Positions 9,206 through 17,601 of a stretch of DNA of 17,601 bases are shown here, piece after piece. The notes beneath the pieces are model-generated. The model was not told the origin of the DNA and made no database searches. It saw only the letters and a list, made by a program, of their open reading frames with translations. Numbering within the stretch: position 1 is the first letter of the stretch; each line of letters opens with the position of its first letter. This DNA is from Prasinococcaceae sp. CCMP 1430 (lineage: Eukaryota > Plantae > Prasinodermophyta), in the NCBI GenBank assembly GCA_013416795.1, contig RQSC01000001.1, forward strand, positions 76,880 to 94,480, given 5' to 3'. Made by a program: the position numbers and the translations under genes.

Positions 9206-11144
9206 TCAGACGGACTGCTTGCCCGGCGCGTACAGGCCGGTCGCCTGCGCGATCGCCGGCCCAGCGCGCACCACCGCCGCCACCGCCGCCGCGCCTGCGA
9301 ATGCGGGCTGCGCGTACGACGAGAGTGCGCCGCCCTTGCGGAAGCTCCTCGCGCCCAGGTAGACCGCCACCAGCCCCACGAGCAGCGTTGCGAGGCCGAG
9401 CGCGCGGTGGAAGCGCTTGAGCGCCGCGTGCCAGCGCCTTGGCAGCATGTCGATGAAGCCCAGGTGCTTGAACGCGAGGACGCCGAGCAGTGCGTTGAGC
9501 GCAGTCCCGGAGAGCGCGCCCACACCCACCACGGCATGCACGCTCGTTATGTGCGGTTTTCCCTGCGTGCGCGCGAGCAGAGGCGGTAGCGACAGCATCC
9601 GTAGGCGAGGCAAATCACGCACAGTCGGAGACAACGCGCCACGGCGCGAACCCGGCGGCGACAGTCAGCGCCGCGCACGAACAAACGGCGTACACGTCGC
9701 TCGCTCGCTCGGGCACGCGAGCCCGCCGCGCGCGTGGCATGCTCAGAGTCGCCGCAGGCTACCGGCAACCGAACCTGCCGACCGCTCCAAGCGCATCGGC
9801 GCCAGGGCGGCCTGCCCTACGCACCATGCGGTCCTTGTTGGTGTAGATGGCCCAAAAGCCCGCAGCTGCACACACGAAGCTCGCAAGCTGCAGCCAGCCG
9901 TGTCGTTTGAGCACAGCGAGGCGCTCGGCGCCAGGCGGCAGCTGCACGGCCGCGCTCGCAGCGCGCGCTCCCTCCGCCATCGCCAGCGTGTACGCTGTGG
10001 ACATGGCAATCGGGTGAAGCGAGAAAAGCGAGCCGTCGGCGTACGCCACCAGCGCTGCAGCAACTGCGAGGACGCCGGGCACCGCGAGCGCCGGCCCGCG
10101 TGCGACCGCCGCCACGCGCTGTGACACGAGCGCTCTCCGCATGGTGGGTGCAGCCGCACCGACGGCCACCGCGGACGCTACCCACAAGCCACCCGCGCGC
10201 AGCGCGGCCTCGCGCGAGAGCGCGGGCATCACCGTGGCCGCAATGGGACCAGCCTCGTCCGTGCCCACGCGCCCATCCACCTGCCGCTTCACCACGCGTG
10301 GCGCCTTGACCTCCGGCGCGTGTGCCGTGCCTGCGCCCACCTTCTTCGCTGCCGCGTGCGTGCCCGGCGCGTGCGTGCCCGGCGCGTGCACGCCTGGCGC
10401 GTGCGTGCCCGGCGCGTGCACGCCTGGCGCGTGCGCGTCGCCCTTGGTTGCCAGCCCCGCCTTCCTCAGGTCCGCAGCGTGCGCACCGACACGCGCCACG
10501 CGGAAGGGCTCGCTCTCGAAGGCGAACCACGTGTCATACTGCCTGACGACAGTCGCCATGAAGATTACCTCGTCGCCCACTTCCAGCTCGGGTGGCGCTG
10601 CCCACGTGACGGTGTCCGAAGTCAGCCCGACTGTGTGCTCTCCTGTGTGCGTCACTCGGCCGTTGCAATCTGGGTGCGACTGCGTCGCGTCGGTGAAGTC
10701 CTGCAGGGACGAGTGAGCCGGCAGGTAGCGGCGCCACCTCAAAAGTCAGCACTCGGCGCGCGTGCCCGCAGTGGCATGGGACCCCGTCATTCAGGGGCGT
10801 GTATGCACGCGCACGCGCGCAGGAATGGTTGAGGAAGCGACCGAGAGCACGCAGGTACGTGCACGCACTCGCAGAGCAGCCCGCGCGGGCTGCCTCCACC
10901 GCACCTCGAACTCGCCGATCACGTCGCCCGAGGACGGGTCAACGGCGTACAGGTTGAGGCCCTTGTAGGGCTTCTCACCCGAGAGCGTGACGCCCACCTT
11001 TTCGCCAGCCACGATCTCCCCTGCGAGCGTGACGGCGTGTCCACCACTTCCCCCCTGCGCCTCGTGCACGGGATCGAGGCCGTGCACGACGCCGGCGTGC
11101 TCGCACGAGCCCGCGAATGTCGAGCACCTCGCGCAGCTTGGAGC
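9206..11144 (-). CDS. Reeler domain + His-repeat linker + cytochrome b561 (ferric-chelate reductase-like); exons ~11144-10905, 10700-9825 and 9562-9206; start unresolved
   Basis: Reeler: FAGSC..HG..YKGLNLYAV..IGEF..C..VTHT..VTWAAP..VIFMATVV..W. b561: four heme-ligand His in LHPIAM, KRHGWLQ, TSVHAVVG and KRFHRALG, plus hydrophobic helices. Two phase-0 introns: GAG|gtgcgg..cctgcag|GAC and ATG|gtgcgt..acgcag|GGA. Confidence 0.85.
10354..10434. repeat. 15-bp coding tandem repeat, ~5.4 copies, encoding HAPG[V/T]
   Basis: Units are gcgtgcgtgcccggc or gcgtgcacgcctggc. Confidence 0.95.
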
Positions 11145-11344
11145 TCAGCTTGCCGTAGACCCCGAGCGGCACAGACCCCCCTCGCGCGCGTTCCCCAGCA
11201 GCCGGCGTTCGAAGCGCTGCGGCGTTCGATCGGGACGCATTTCGCCGCTCCGCAGAGCCGCTGCCCGAAGCGAACGCGAAAAACCTCGGAAGGCGCTCCA
11301 AAATCCAGCGCAGCGTTTGTTCACAGGAGCATAATCTCCCGTGG

Positions 11345-11349
11345 TTACA
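11345..11349 (-). promoter_or_regulatory. Candidate TGTAA polyadenylation signal (peptidase gene)
   Basis: TGTAA in an AT-richer patch about 255 nt downstream of the stop at 11605. Confidence 0.45.
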
Positions 11350-11604
11350 TATGACGTATTGCGAGATCATGTGAACTTTGCGGGTCCGGCGGTGCGCGCG
11401 CCGTGGCGGCTGGCGGGCGCCCGTGGCGGCTAGCTGCGAGCGCGGGCGCTGTGCGCTCCGCGCGGGGTGTGGCAGGCGGTACACAGCCACGGCCAACACC
11501 CCTGCCTCTGCCTGCACCAAAGTGGACCCTAACAATTTAAAGTACCTAAACACAACCGTAACCATATCCGCTCCCGCCTGACTCACGAGGGTTGTGGCCT
11601 CCTG

Positions 11605-12669
11605 CTACAGCGCCGCGCCGTCCCTCTCGGCGAGGAAGCCCCCGACGAGCGCCATGAACGGCGGCATGCAGTCGGGCTCGTTGAAGGGCATGTGCGACGC
11701 GCCCGGCACGAGCTCCCAGGTGGGCTTGGCGCGCGCCGGCAGGCGCTCGAGCCAGGGCCGCGCGCAGTCGGGCGTGACGAAGTCGTGCTCGCCCGAGACG
11801 ACGAGCGCCTCGAGGCCGGCCGGCCACACGGCAGCCGCTTCGCTCTCCGAGCGCGCGCTCCAGCCAGCGATGGCGCCAGATCCGCGGAACACGGTCGCTC
11901 CCGCGGCATACGCGGCGGTGACGTGCTCGGGCGTGGGCGAAGCGCGGCAATTGTGCCGCGCCATGAATGTCGCAACGTCGCCTCCACACGCGTCCAGCAG
12001 CGTCTGTGCGGCCGCCTCAAGTGCGCCCACGTCCACGGGCGTATTGCACAGCGTAAGGCTCTGCATGCGCTCACCGAGACCCGCCATCATGCCCTCGTAC
12101 GCCAGGATTCCACCCCACGACTGGCCTAACACGTGGCAGCGCGGCACACCACTGTCGCTCGCCACGCAGTCGAGCACGCCCGCGAGCTCACGCACGCTCG
12201 CCTCCACGCTGTACTCTGCCTCAGACTCTCCAGGGGCATCGCTTCCGCCGCACCCGAGCTGGTCGTACATGTACACCGCGCGCGGGCGCCACGGCCGCGC
12301 GCCGCTGGCTGGTTCGTCGCCGCCACTGCCATCGTCGCCGCTGCTCCTGTGGCCCGCGCGGGCGGGTGGCGGCGCGGCCTCGGCCAGCCGCGCGAGTGGC
12401 AGGAGGTAGTTATGCGGCACACCTGGGCCACCGTGAATGACAAGCAGCGGCACGGCGGGGCCGCTATCGGGCGGTGGATCCCACACTTTGTGAAGGAGAC
12501 GGAAGCCCGGCCGCGGCGACGTCCACGCGCCCTCGCGGAATCGCTCGGAGCGCTCGGCAGGGACCTGCGTGCACGCCGCTGGTCCGCTCCGCCGCACGAG
12601 CCGCGCGCGCCCCGCCCGTGGCCGGCCCGGCGGGGTAGGCGCCAGAGCGCGGACACGCGACAGCTTCAT
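11605..12669 (-). CDS. Proline iminopeptidase / L-amino-acid amidase-like alpha/beta hydrolase (peptidase S33)
   Basis: IHGGPG oxyanion motif, YDQLGCGGS, nucleophile GQSWGG, SGEHD (Asp) and GASH (His). R/A/P-rich N-terminal extension resembles an organelle transit peptide. Confidence 0.88.
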   Translation of the reverse strand: MKLSRVRALAPTPPGRPRAGRARLVRRSGPAACTQVPAERSERFREGAWTSPRPGFRLLHKVWDPPPDSGPAVPLLVIHGGPGVPHNYLLPLARLAEAAPPPARAGHRSSGDDGSGGDEPASGARPWRPRAVYMYDQLGCGGSDAPGESEAEYSVEASVRELAGVLDCVASDSGVPRCHVLGQSWGGILAYEGMMAGLGERMQSLTLCNTPVDVGALEAAAQTLLDACGGDVATFMARHNCRASPTPEHVTAAYAAGATVFRGSGAIAGWSARSESEAAAVWPAGLEALVVSGEHDFVTPDCARPWLERLPARAKPTWELVPGASHMPFNEPDCMPPFMALVGGFLAERDGAAL

Positions 12670-12788
12670 CCCCAGGCGTGCGTGCGCGCGCCCGGCCGCG
12701 CCACGGCGAGGCGGAGTGGCGCGAGTGGCGCGGGTGCGCCCTGCGCGTCTCGGTGAGGCTGCCTGTGGAGAAGTAAAGTGTCCTTGTC

Positions 12789-12793
12789 TTACA
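12789..12793 (-). promoter_or_regulatory. TGTAA polyadenylation signal (YHYH gene)
   Basis: TGTAA about 80 nt downstream of the stop at 12874. Confidence 0.55.
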
Positions 12794-12873
12794 GCAATTG
12801 GGACGCGTACCTGGGCGCAAAGTAGTAGCCTATCGGAGCAGGATTCGCAAGTCCGTGATGCACGTTGTGGAAC

Positions 12874-14076
12874 TCACGCGAGAGTCGCAGCCGCCAACGC
12901 CACGAGCGCAGCGAGTAGCAGCACCGTGTTGCTGGCGGCGGCCCGCAGGGTGGACGCGGCCGAGCTCGTACTCCCCTCAGCCGGAGCCTCAGCTGGGGTC
13001 TCGCCCTCCTCGGCGGGGGTCTCACCCAAGGGCTCACCCGACGCGACAGACGGGGAGAACACGGCGAGCATGACGTCGCCGACGTTCGATCCGGCCCCGT
13101 CATAGCAGGGGCACCAAAGCGCATAGTCACGCGTCGCATCGCCATCGCGCGGCCCGTCGGGCACAGTGGTGATATCAACGTTAGCGGCGTCACCGCCGCC
13201 TCCGCAGCCCACGTAGAGCTCGCGGCAGCGCGCGAGCGTGACGAGCGTCGGCTCGCCAGTCGCGGCGTCGGTGTCTGGCCCGTAGCAGCCGAATGTGAAT
13301 GGCGCCCGCTCTTGCACGTGGTAGTGGTACGAGACGCCCTCCCCGTCTGGGGTGGGTCCGAAGTGGGCGCCGCACGCGTCGAGCAGCGGTAGCTCGTGCG
13401 TGGCGGCGTCCTCCCACATTCCGTAGAGCCCTGCACCTCCGCCTGCCTCGATCGCCTCGCCGATGCGCGGCGAGTGGCCGCCGCCGTCCGTGCCATCGGC
13501 GTCGTACAGACAGCTCATCCGCTCGTGAAAGTGGTAGTCGGCCGTGTGGCCGCCGCAGGCGTCCACGATGCCCACGTACTCGCCCCCATCAACGCGCGGC
13601 AGGTCTACCCCGCAATCGCGCGCGACAACGGCTTCGGCGGTGGCCGTGTCGATGCCACCGGCGACGTAGCCCTTGCCGCTGGCGCATCCAAGACTTGCGA
13701 GTATGTTGTCCTGCTGCGCGCTAAAGCCTGCCTCGAACGGGCCGTAGATGTTCTCGCCCACCGGCCGACCGTTGCTGCCGCTCACGACCGTGTATGCCAC
13801 GTCGTTAAGCAGCGGCGCGCCACAGGGCAAGCCATCGCATGGCAACGCATCAGGCGACGCGAGACCTCCGCCGCCACCCATTGCGTCGCCACCTCCGCCC
13901 CCGCCGCCCCCACCGCCGCAGCCATCCGGCGGAGGGCCGATTCCGGGCCCCCAGCTTTCTCCCTCCCCGCTGCAGTCTGGCTCCTCGGCGTACACGCCAC
14001 GCGCAACTGCGAGCAGCGCCACCGCAGCGGCGGCGGCGGCGGCGAGTGTGCTCGGCCCTGCGCGCGCCACCGCCAT
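12874..14076 (-). CDS. Secreted, probably GPI-anchored YHYH-domain protein
   Basis: ATG at 14076 followed by a signal-like [20 protein letters not shown]. Motifs IYGPFE, DACGGHTADYHFH, LYGMWE, LDACGAHFG, YHYH and PFTFGCYG. Ends with an acidic P/E stalk, SSAAS and hydrophobic VLLLAALVALAAATLA. Confidence 0.85.
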   Translation of the reverse strand: MAVARAGPSTLAAAAAAAVALLAVARGVYAEEPDCSGEGESWGPGIGPPPDGCGGGGGGGGGGDAMGGGGGLASPDALPCDGLPCGAPLLNDVAYTVVSGSNGRPVGENIYGPFEAGFSAQQDNILASLGCASGKGYVAGGIDTATAEAVVARDCGVDLPRVDGGEYVGIVDACGGHTADYHFHERMSCLYDADGTDGGGHSPRIGEAIEAGGGAGLYGMWEDAATHELPLLDACGAHFGPTPDGEGVSYHYHVQERAPFTFGCYGPDTDAATGEPTLVTLARCRELYVGCGGGGDAANVDITTVPDGPRDGDATRDYALWCPCYDGAGSNVGDVMLAVFSPSVASGEPLGETPAEEGETPAEAPAEGSTSSAASTLRAAASNTVLLLAALVALAAATLA

Positions 14077-14649
14077 CGCGCCGCCTCGCAGCGTCCCAGC
14101 CCGCCCGGTCCTGGTGGGCTCAGCGGGGTCCCCCGCGCAGCCTCGAGCGGCCCCGCGCACGAGCTCACGTGTGCCCACACTCGACGACGACGACGGCGCA
14201 CCCCCGTGCACCCAAATGCGCGCGCGCGCCCACCCGCGCAGAACCGTAATAACCGACAGGTTGTTGTCGGGGAACGCCAGGTGAGGAAAACACATCAGTC
14301 CAAATTCTTTCGAGTCAGATCTCTCCGCGCGCCATGTGCGTGTGTACTCGCGCCGCGGCGCACGCGCGTCTCCGACAGGGTGCGCCGCAGGTGCTGGCGA
14401 GCTCGGACTGGAGCGCCCGCGGCGCCGCGGAGGCAGGCACGGGCGGACACGGGCCTGCTTGGGGCGAGCCGCGTCTGTGCTGAAGTTCGTGCGGGCTTCG
14501 CGCACGACGGACGGAGCAGCGCTCGTCGTCGAGCCGCGGTGGCGTGCGCGCACACTTGCGATTCCGACGGATGCGCGACGTAGCAGCGAGAGGTGCGCAT
14601 GGTTGCAGTCTCTGGAGCTTTTGAGCACACCCGTGCGAGCGGCCGCTAT

Positions 14650-14654
14650 TTACA
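14650..14654 (-). promoter_or_regulatory. TGTAA polyadenylation signal (ASF1)
   Basis: TGTAA about 160 nt downstream of the stop at 14815. Confidence 0.55.
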
Positions 14655-14814
14655 ACCCGGAGGCGCTGCCGCGCGGGGGGCGCGGCACGCCGAGGCCGCC
14701 GTTGGCGCCCCTCGGTGCTCACGCATGCTAGAAGCACCGCGCCCTGGCCCAGGGCAGTCGCGCGAGAGGCGCGAGCGTCGCTGGCTACCGATCGCTGTCG
14801 CACGCGCTCGGCAC

Positions 14815-15942
14815 TCAGCCCATGGTCATGTCATCCCCCGCCACGGCCGCATGTTGCTGCTGCACGTACGTGTCCATCGCTCCGCAGTCGGCCGCGCCGG
14901 CAGCGGGCACGTTGTCGGTGTGCGCAGGGTGCACATTTTCCGGCTCCGAGCTGTCCCACTCGATCTGGAAGCGAGTCACGCGCGGTTTGTCGGACAACAC
15001 GTTCCGCTCGATCAGGTGCAGCTGTGGGATGGCCGGTGGATTCAACTTCATCTCCTCGTCCTTGTAGTCGTTGTTCACATAGTAGCCCACGCGAATGAAC
15101 TCGTTGCCGTTGTAGCTGCACGTGAGCAGCACCACCGTCACACCGAGCAGGTCCTCCGCCCTGATCTTGTCTGCCTGCGGCGGCTCCGCCTGGAATACAA
15201 AGCGGTACGAGCCTTGCGTCACGGGCCCCACGAGCACGCTGTCGAGCACCTGATCGTACTGCTCATCCTCCGCCGAGCCGACGTATGTGATCTTCCACTC
15301 GAGGTCTGCGCGGACGGGCGGCGTGGCGGCCAGCGCGCGGGCGCGTTACGTCAGTTCTTTCCCTGTAGCATTCATTTCCGCGCGCGGCGGCGCCCGAGAG
15401 GCGGAAGCTTCTTAGATCTCACGCGCCACGCGCCCTTCCTTGCAGAGGTGGCCGGCGGAAGGGGGGAGGACCAAGCATGGGCGTGCACGCTGGCCTGGCC
15501 TCTAGGAGCGCACCACCCCGGGCCAGGGCGTACGCGCGGCGCAGTCGCAGCGGCGAGGCGTGCCGCCGGCGGCCGTGCATCTCGTCCGCACGGCATAAGA
15601 GAGGCGAGGCCGTGCGCCTCTCTCTGCCCACGACGCACGCGCCAACCGCCGAGCGGGAAAAAGAAAAGGCCGCAGCGAAAACGCGCACAGAGAGAGAGCA
15701 GCAGCGCCGAGCGGTCGCGCGCCCGCGCGCCCGCACGACCGCGGCCGTCGTCGCGCGACGGCAGGCCGCGCGCACGCCCCTCCCCGGCCGGCGCCGCATC
15801 CCCTTGCCCCGCCCCCTCGTGCGCGCGACGCACCGTGCGGCAGATCGAAGAGGCACTCGTACGAGATGTCGAACTGCAGCGAGTCGAGGAAGCTCGACGG
15901 ATTGTTGAGCACCTGCACGCCTGTGATGTTGATCGCCGCCAT
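14815..15942 (-). CDS. ASF1: Histone H3-H4 chaperone ASF1 (exons 15942-15834 and 15305-14815)
   Basis: MAAINITGVQVLNNPSSFLDSLQFDISYECL..DLEWKITYVGSAEDEQYDQVLDSVLVGPV..GVTVVLLTCSY..EFIRVGYYVNNDY..RNVLSDKPRVTRFQIEWD. Phase-1 intron 15833-15306 (G|gtgcgt ... gcgcag|AC). Confidence 0.97.
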
Positions 15943-16189
15943 GCCGCCGCGCGCGCGCCTGACCGCGCGTTTGGCAGCCCACCCTCGCCCGCCTCGCTCC
16001 CCGGATACCAGGCGATCCGGCACCACCGCCAAGACCCCGCCACGCCCTCGACCCGCCCGCGGCTCCGCCCCTGCCGCGCCGCCACCAGCCAGGCAGGGCC
16101 GCCCGCCCGCGCTCGCTAGCACCGCCTGCTGTGTCCAAAAACACAGCGCACGTACTAGTACGGCCGCGCATTCAGACGAACGCGCTGCA

Positions 16190-17158
16190 CTACACGAACA
16201 CGTCCATGACTTCGACGACTGGGCTCTGACAGAGAGGGCAGAGGTTGCGGCGCTGTTGGTTGCCGGTGGCGTCCTTGGGCGCCAGAACCGAGCTCGCGCA
16301 CCCCTTACATAGGCACAGATGCTTGCATGGCAAGAGCAGCGTGCATCGAGGAGAATCGAGGCACACGACGCAAAGGTGTTCGTCGGAAGCGCTCTTTTCA
16401 TTGCGTTCCTGCCCCGTGTTAGGTGCGGTTCCAAAGGTCGTTGCAGCAGAGTGACTCCCGCTGGCGGCGGCTGCGTACGCGTGAGGAGGCTCTACCCGTG
16501 CGTTGGCGTGACTGGGTGATTCAGTGGCTGCGGCTGCACCGCCGAGAGCAACGCTCTGGGCCATCTTCTCTGCGAGAATCTCCGCCGCCCGCTCAGCGAT
16601 CCGGTCCATGTGGGACGCATTGAAGGCGTGGCTTCCGCTGCCACTGATACCAACGGGCGTCGTCATGGCCTGCCTATCACAATCAATGGCGGCAATCGAG
16701 GCCGAGGTCGAGGCCTCGCTTCTGCTCCCTTCGTGGCTGATAGCATTAGTGGGTTCAACTTGAAAGTCCCTCGCCGATGCGGATTCCCGCCTCCACACGT
16801 GCGAATGAAGCGCACCTGCTACAGGCTGGGCAGCGCGCGTCGGCGGTGAGGCGCGTGACGAGTTTATTGCGCTACTGTCGCGAGAGCTTTCGAACATATA
16901 TGAAGACGCTGGATACACCGGTTGGACATTTGTGGTAGAGACGGCAGGTACAGTTCCACCAGTGGTAGGATCCATGCTCGGGAACTCGTTTTCCCGATGA
17001 ATCGTGGGCCCCGAATATTCACTGGGTGTGTTGTCATCGCAGATGTCACCGCTAGTGTTGTTGGCGGCACCGCGCTCGCCAGAGCTGCCATGCAGTGTGA
17101 GGCCGGCAACACGATCGACGTGGNCCACCGCGAAGTTGGCACACATGCTCGAAGCCAT
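16190..17158 (-). CDS. C-terminal RING finger protein (IAP/MGRN-type), putative E3 ubiquitin ligase
   Basis: CVVCLDSPRCTLLLPCKHLCLCKGCA...CPLCQSPVVEVMDVFV-stop. Low-complexity N-terminal region. Start uncertain; one N at 17124. Confidence 0.82.
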   Translation of the reverse strand: MASSMCANFAVXHVDRVAGLTLHGSSGERGAANNTSGDICDDNTPSEYSGPTIHRENEFPSMDPTTGGTVPAVSTTNVQPVYPASSYMFESSRDSSAINSSRASPPTRAAQPVAGALHSHVWRRESASARDFQVEPTNAISHEGSRSEASTSASIAAIDCDRQAMTTPVGISGSGSHAFNASHMDRIAERAAEILAEKMAQSVALGGAAAATESPSHANARVEPPHAYAAAASGSHSAATTFGTAPNTGQERNEKSASDEHLCVVCLDSPRCTLLLPCKHLCLCKGCASSVLAPKDATGNQQRRNLCPLCQSPVVEVMDVFV

Positions 17159-17555
17159 GCCGAGCAGCGCGTCCGTCGGTCCCCTCCACCCCCTCCCTGC
17201 ACGCCACCGTCGAATCGTTGCTGCGCGCTGGCCGGGGGTGCGCTGCGCGTCCGGCGTGTGCCCCGCGCGCGCCGCTCGGTCGCTCAGCGCCCTGCGCATC
17301 GCATCTCGCGCGCGCTCCGAGGCGCCGCGCGAAACCCCACATCGCTCGACGCGCGCGCGTTTGCGCGGCCGAGCCGTTTTTTTTTTATGCGGCGCTCCGG
17401 ATGCAGCCGGACGCGCACGCGCGAGGCATTCGATGTTTGCTCAGTTCGTTTTGACACGATTTCCAAAAAAAAAGGTATTCATTTTTCTCCCTCTCCGCAC
17501 ACACACCCAACCGCGGAGCCACCGCAGCAGCGGCCCGCTGCGCGGCGCGGCCACA

Positions 17556-17580
17556 CACGCACGCACGCACGCACGCACGC
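17556..17580. repeat. (ACGC)n microsatellite
   Basis: About six tandem acgc units. Confidence 0.8.
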
Positions 17581-17601
17581 CCGTCGCGTCGCGGCACGCC
17601 G

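Noticed and set aside
14077-14628. N-terminal 184-aa extension of the YHYH ORF
   Set aside because: Non-ATG start, and the signal peptide begins at ATG 14076; the region is probably promoter/UTR.
15345-15385. Box C/D snoRNA in the ASF1 intron
   Set aside because: No proper RTGATGA box C; the CTGAC is better explained as the branch point.
3235-15833. Introner-type repeated introns
   Set aside because: The five inferred introns share only splice signals, with no visible internal similarity.

Overview
Very GC-rich, gene-dense, intron-containing eukaryotic DNA with a 306-N scaffold gap at 2027-2332. GT(G/A)CG donors and TGTAA elements downstream of several stops suggest a green alga, possibly prasinophyte-grade (inference). 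Supported genes: a prolyl 4-hydroxylase-type 2OG-Fe(II) oxygenase, an orphan internal exon of 40S ribosomal protein S18, and a two-exon coiled-coil protein (+). These are followed by seven co-oriented minus-strand genes: an unknown protein with a ~35-aa periodic Y[DN]PxxxxW repeat, a nitrile-specifier-like kelch protein with a C-terminal Zn ribbon, a reeler + His-repeat + cytochrome b561 fusion, a proline iminopeptidase-type hydrolase, a secreted/GPI-type YHYH protein, histone chaperone ASF1 and a C-terminal RING protein. The most interesting items are the DOMON-less reeler-(HAPG[VT])n-b561 architecture near a surface YHYH protein, the NSP-like kelch/Zn-ribbon fusion and the periodic repeat protein. 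Several gene ends cannot be found, which may reflect assembly damage. Most long ORFs in the track are GC-driven shadow frames.
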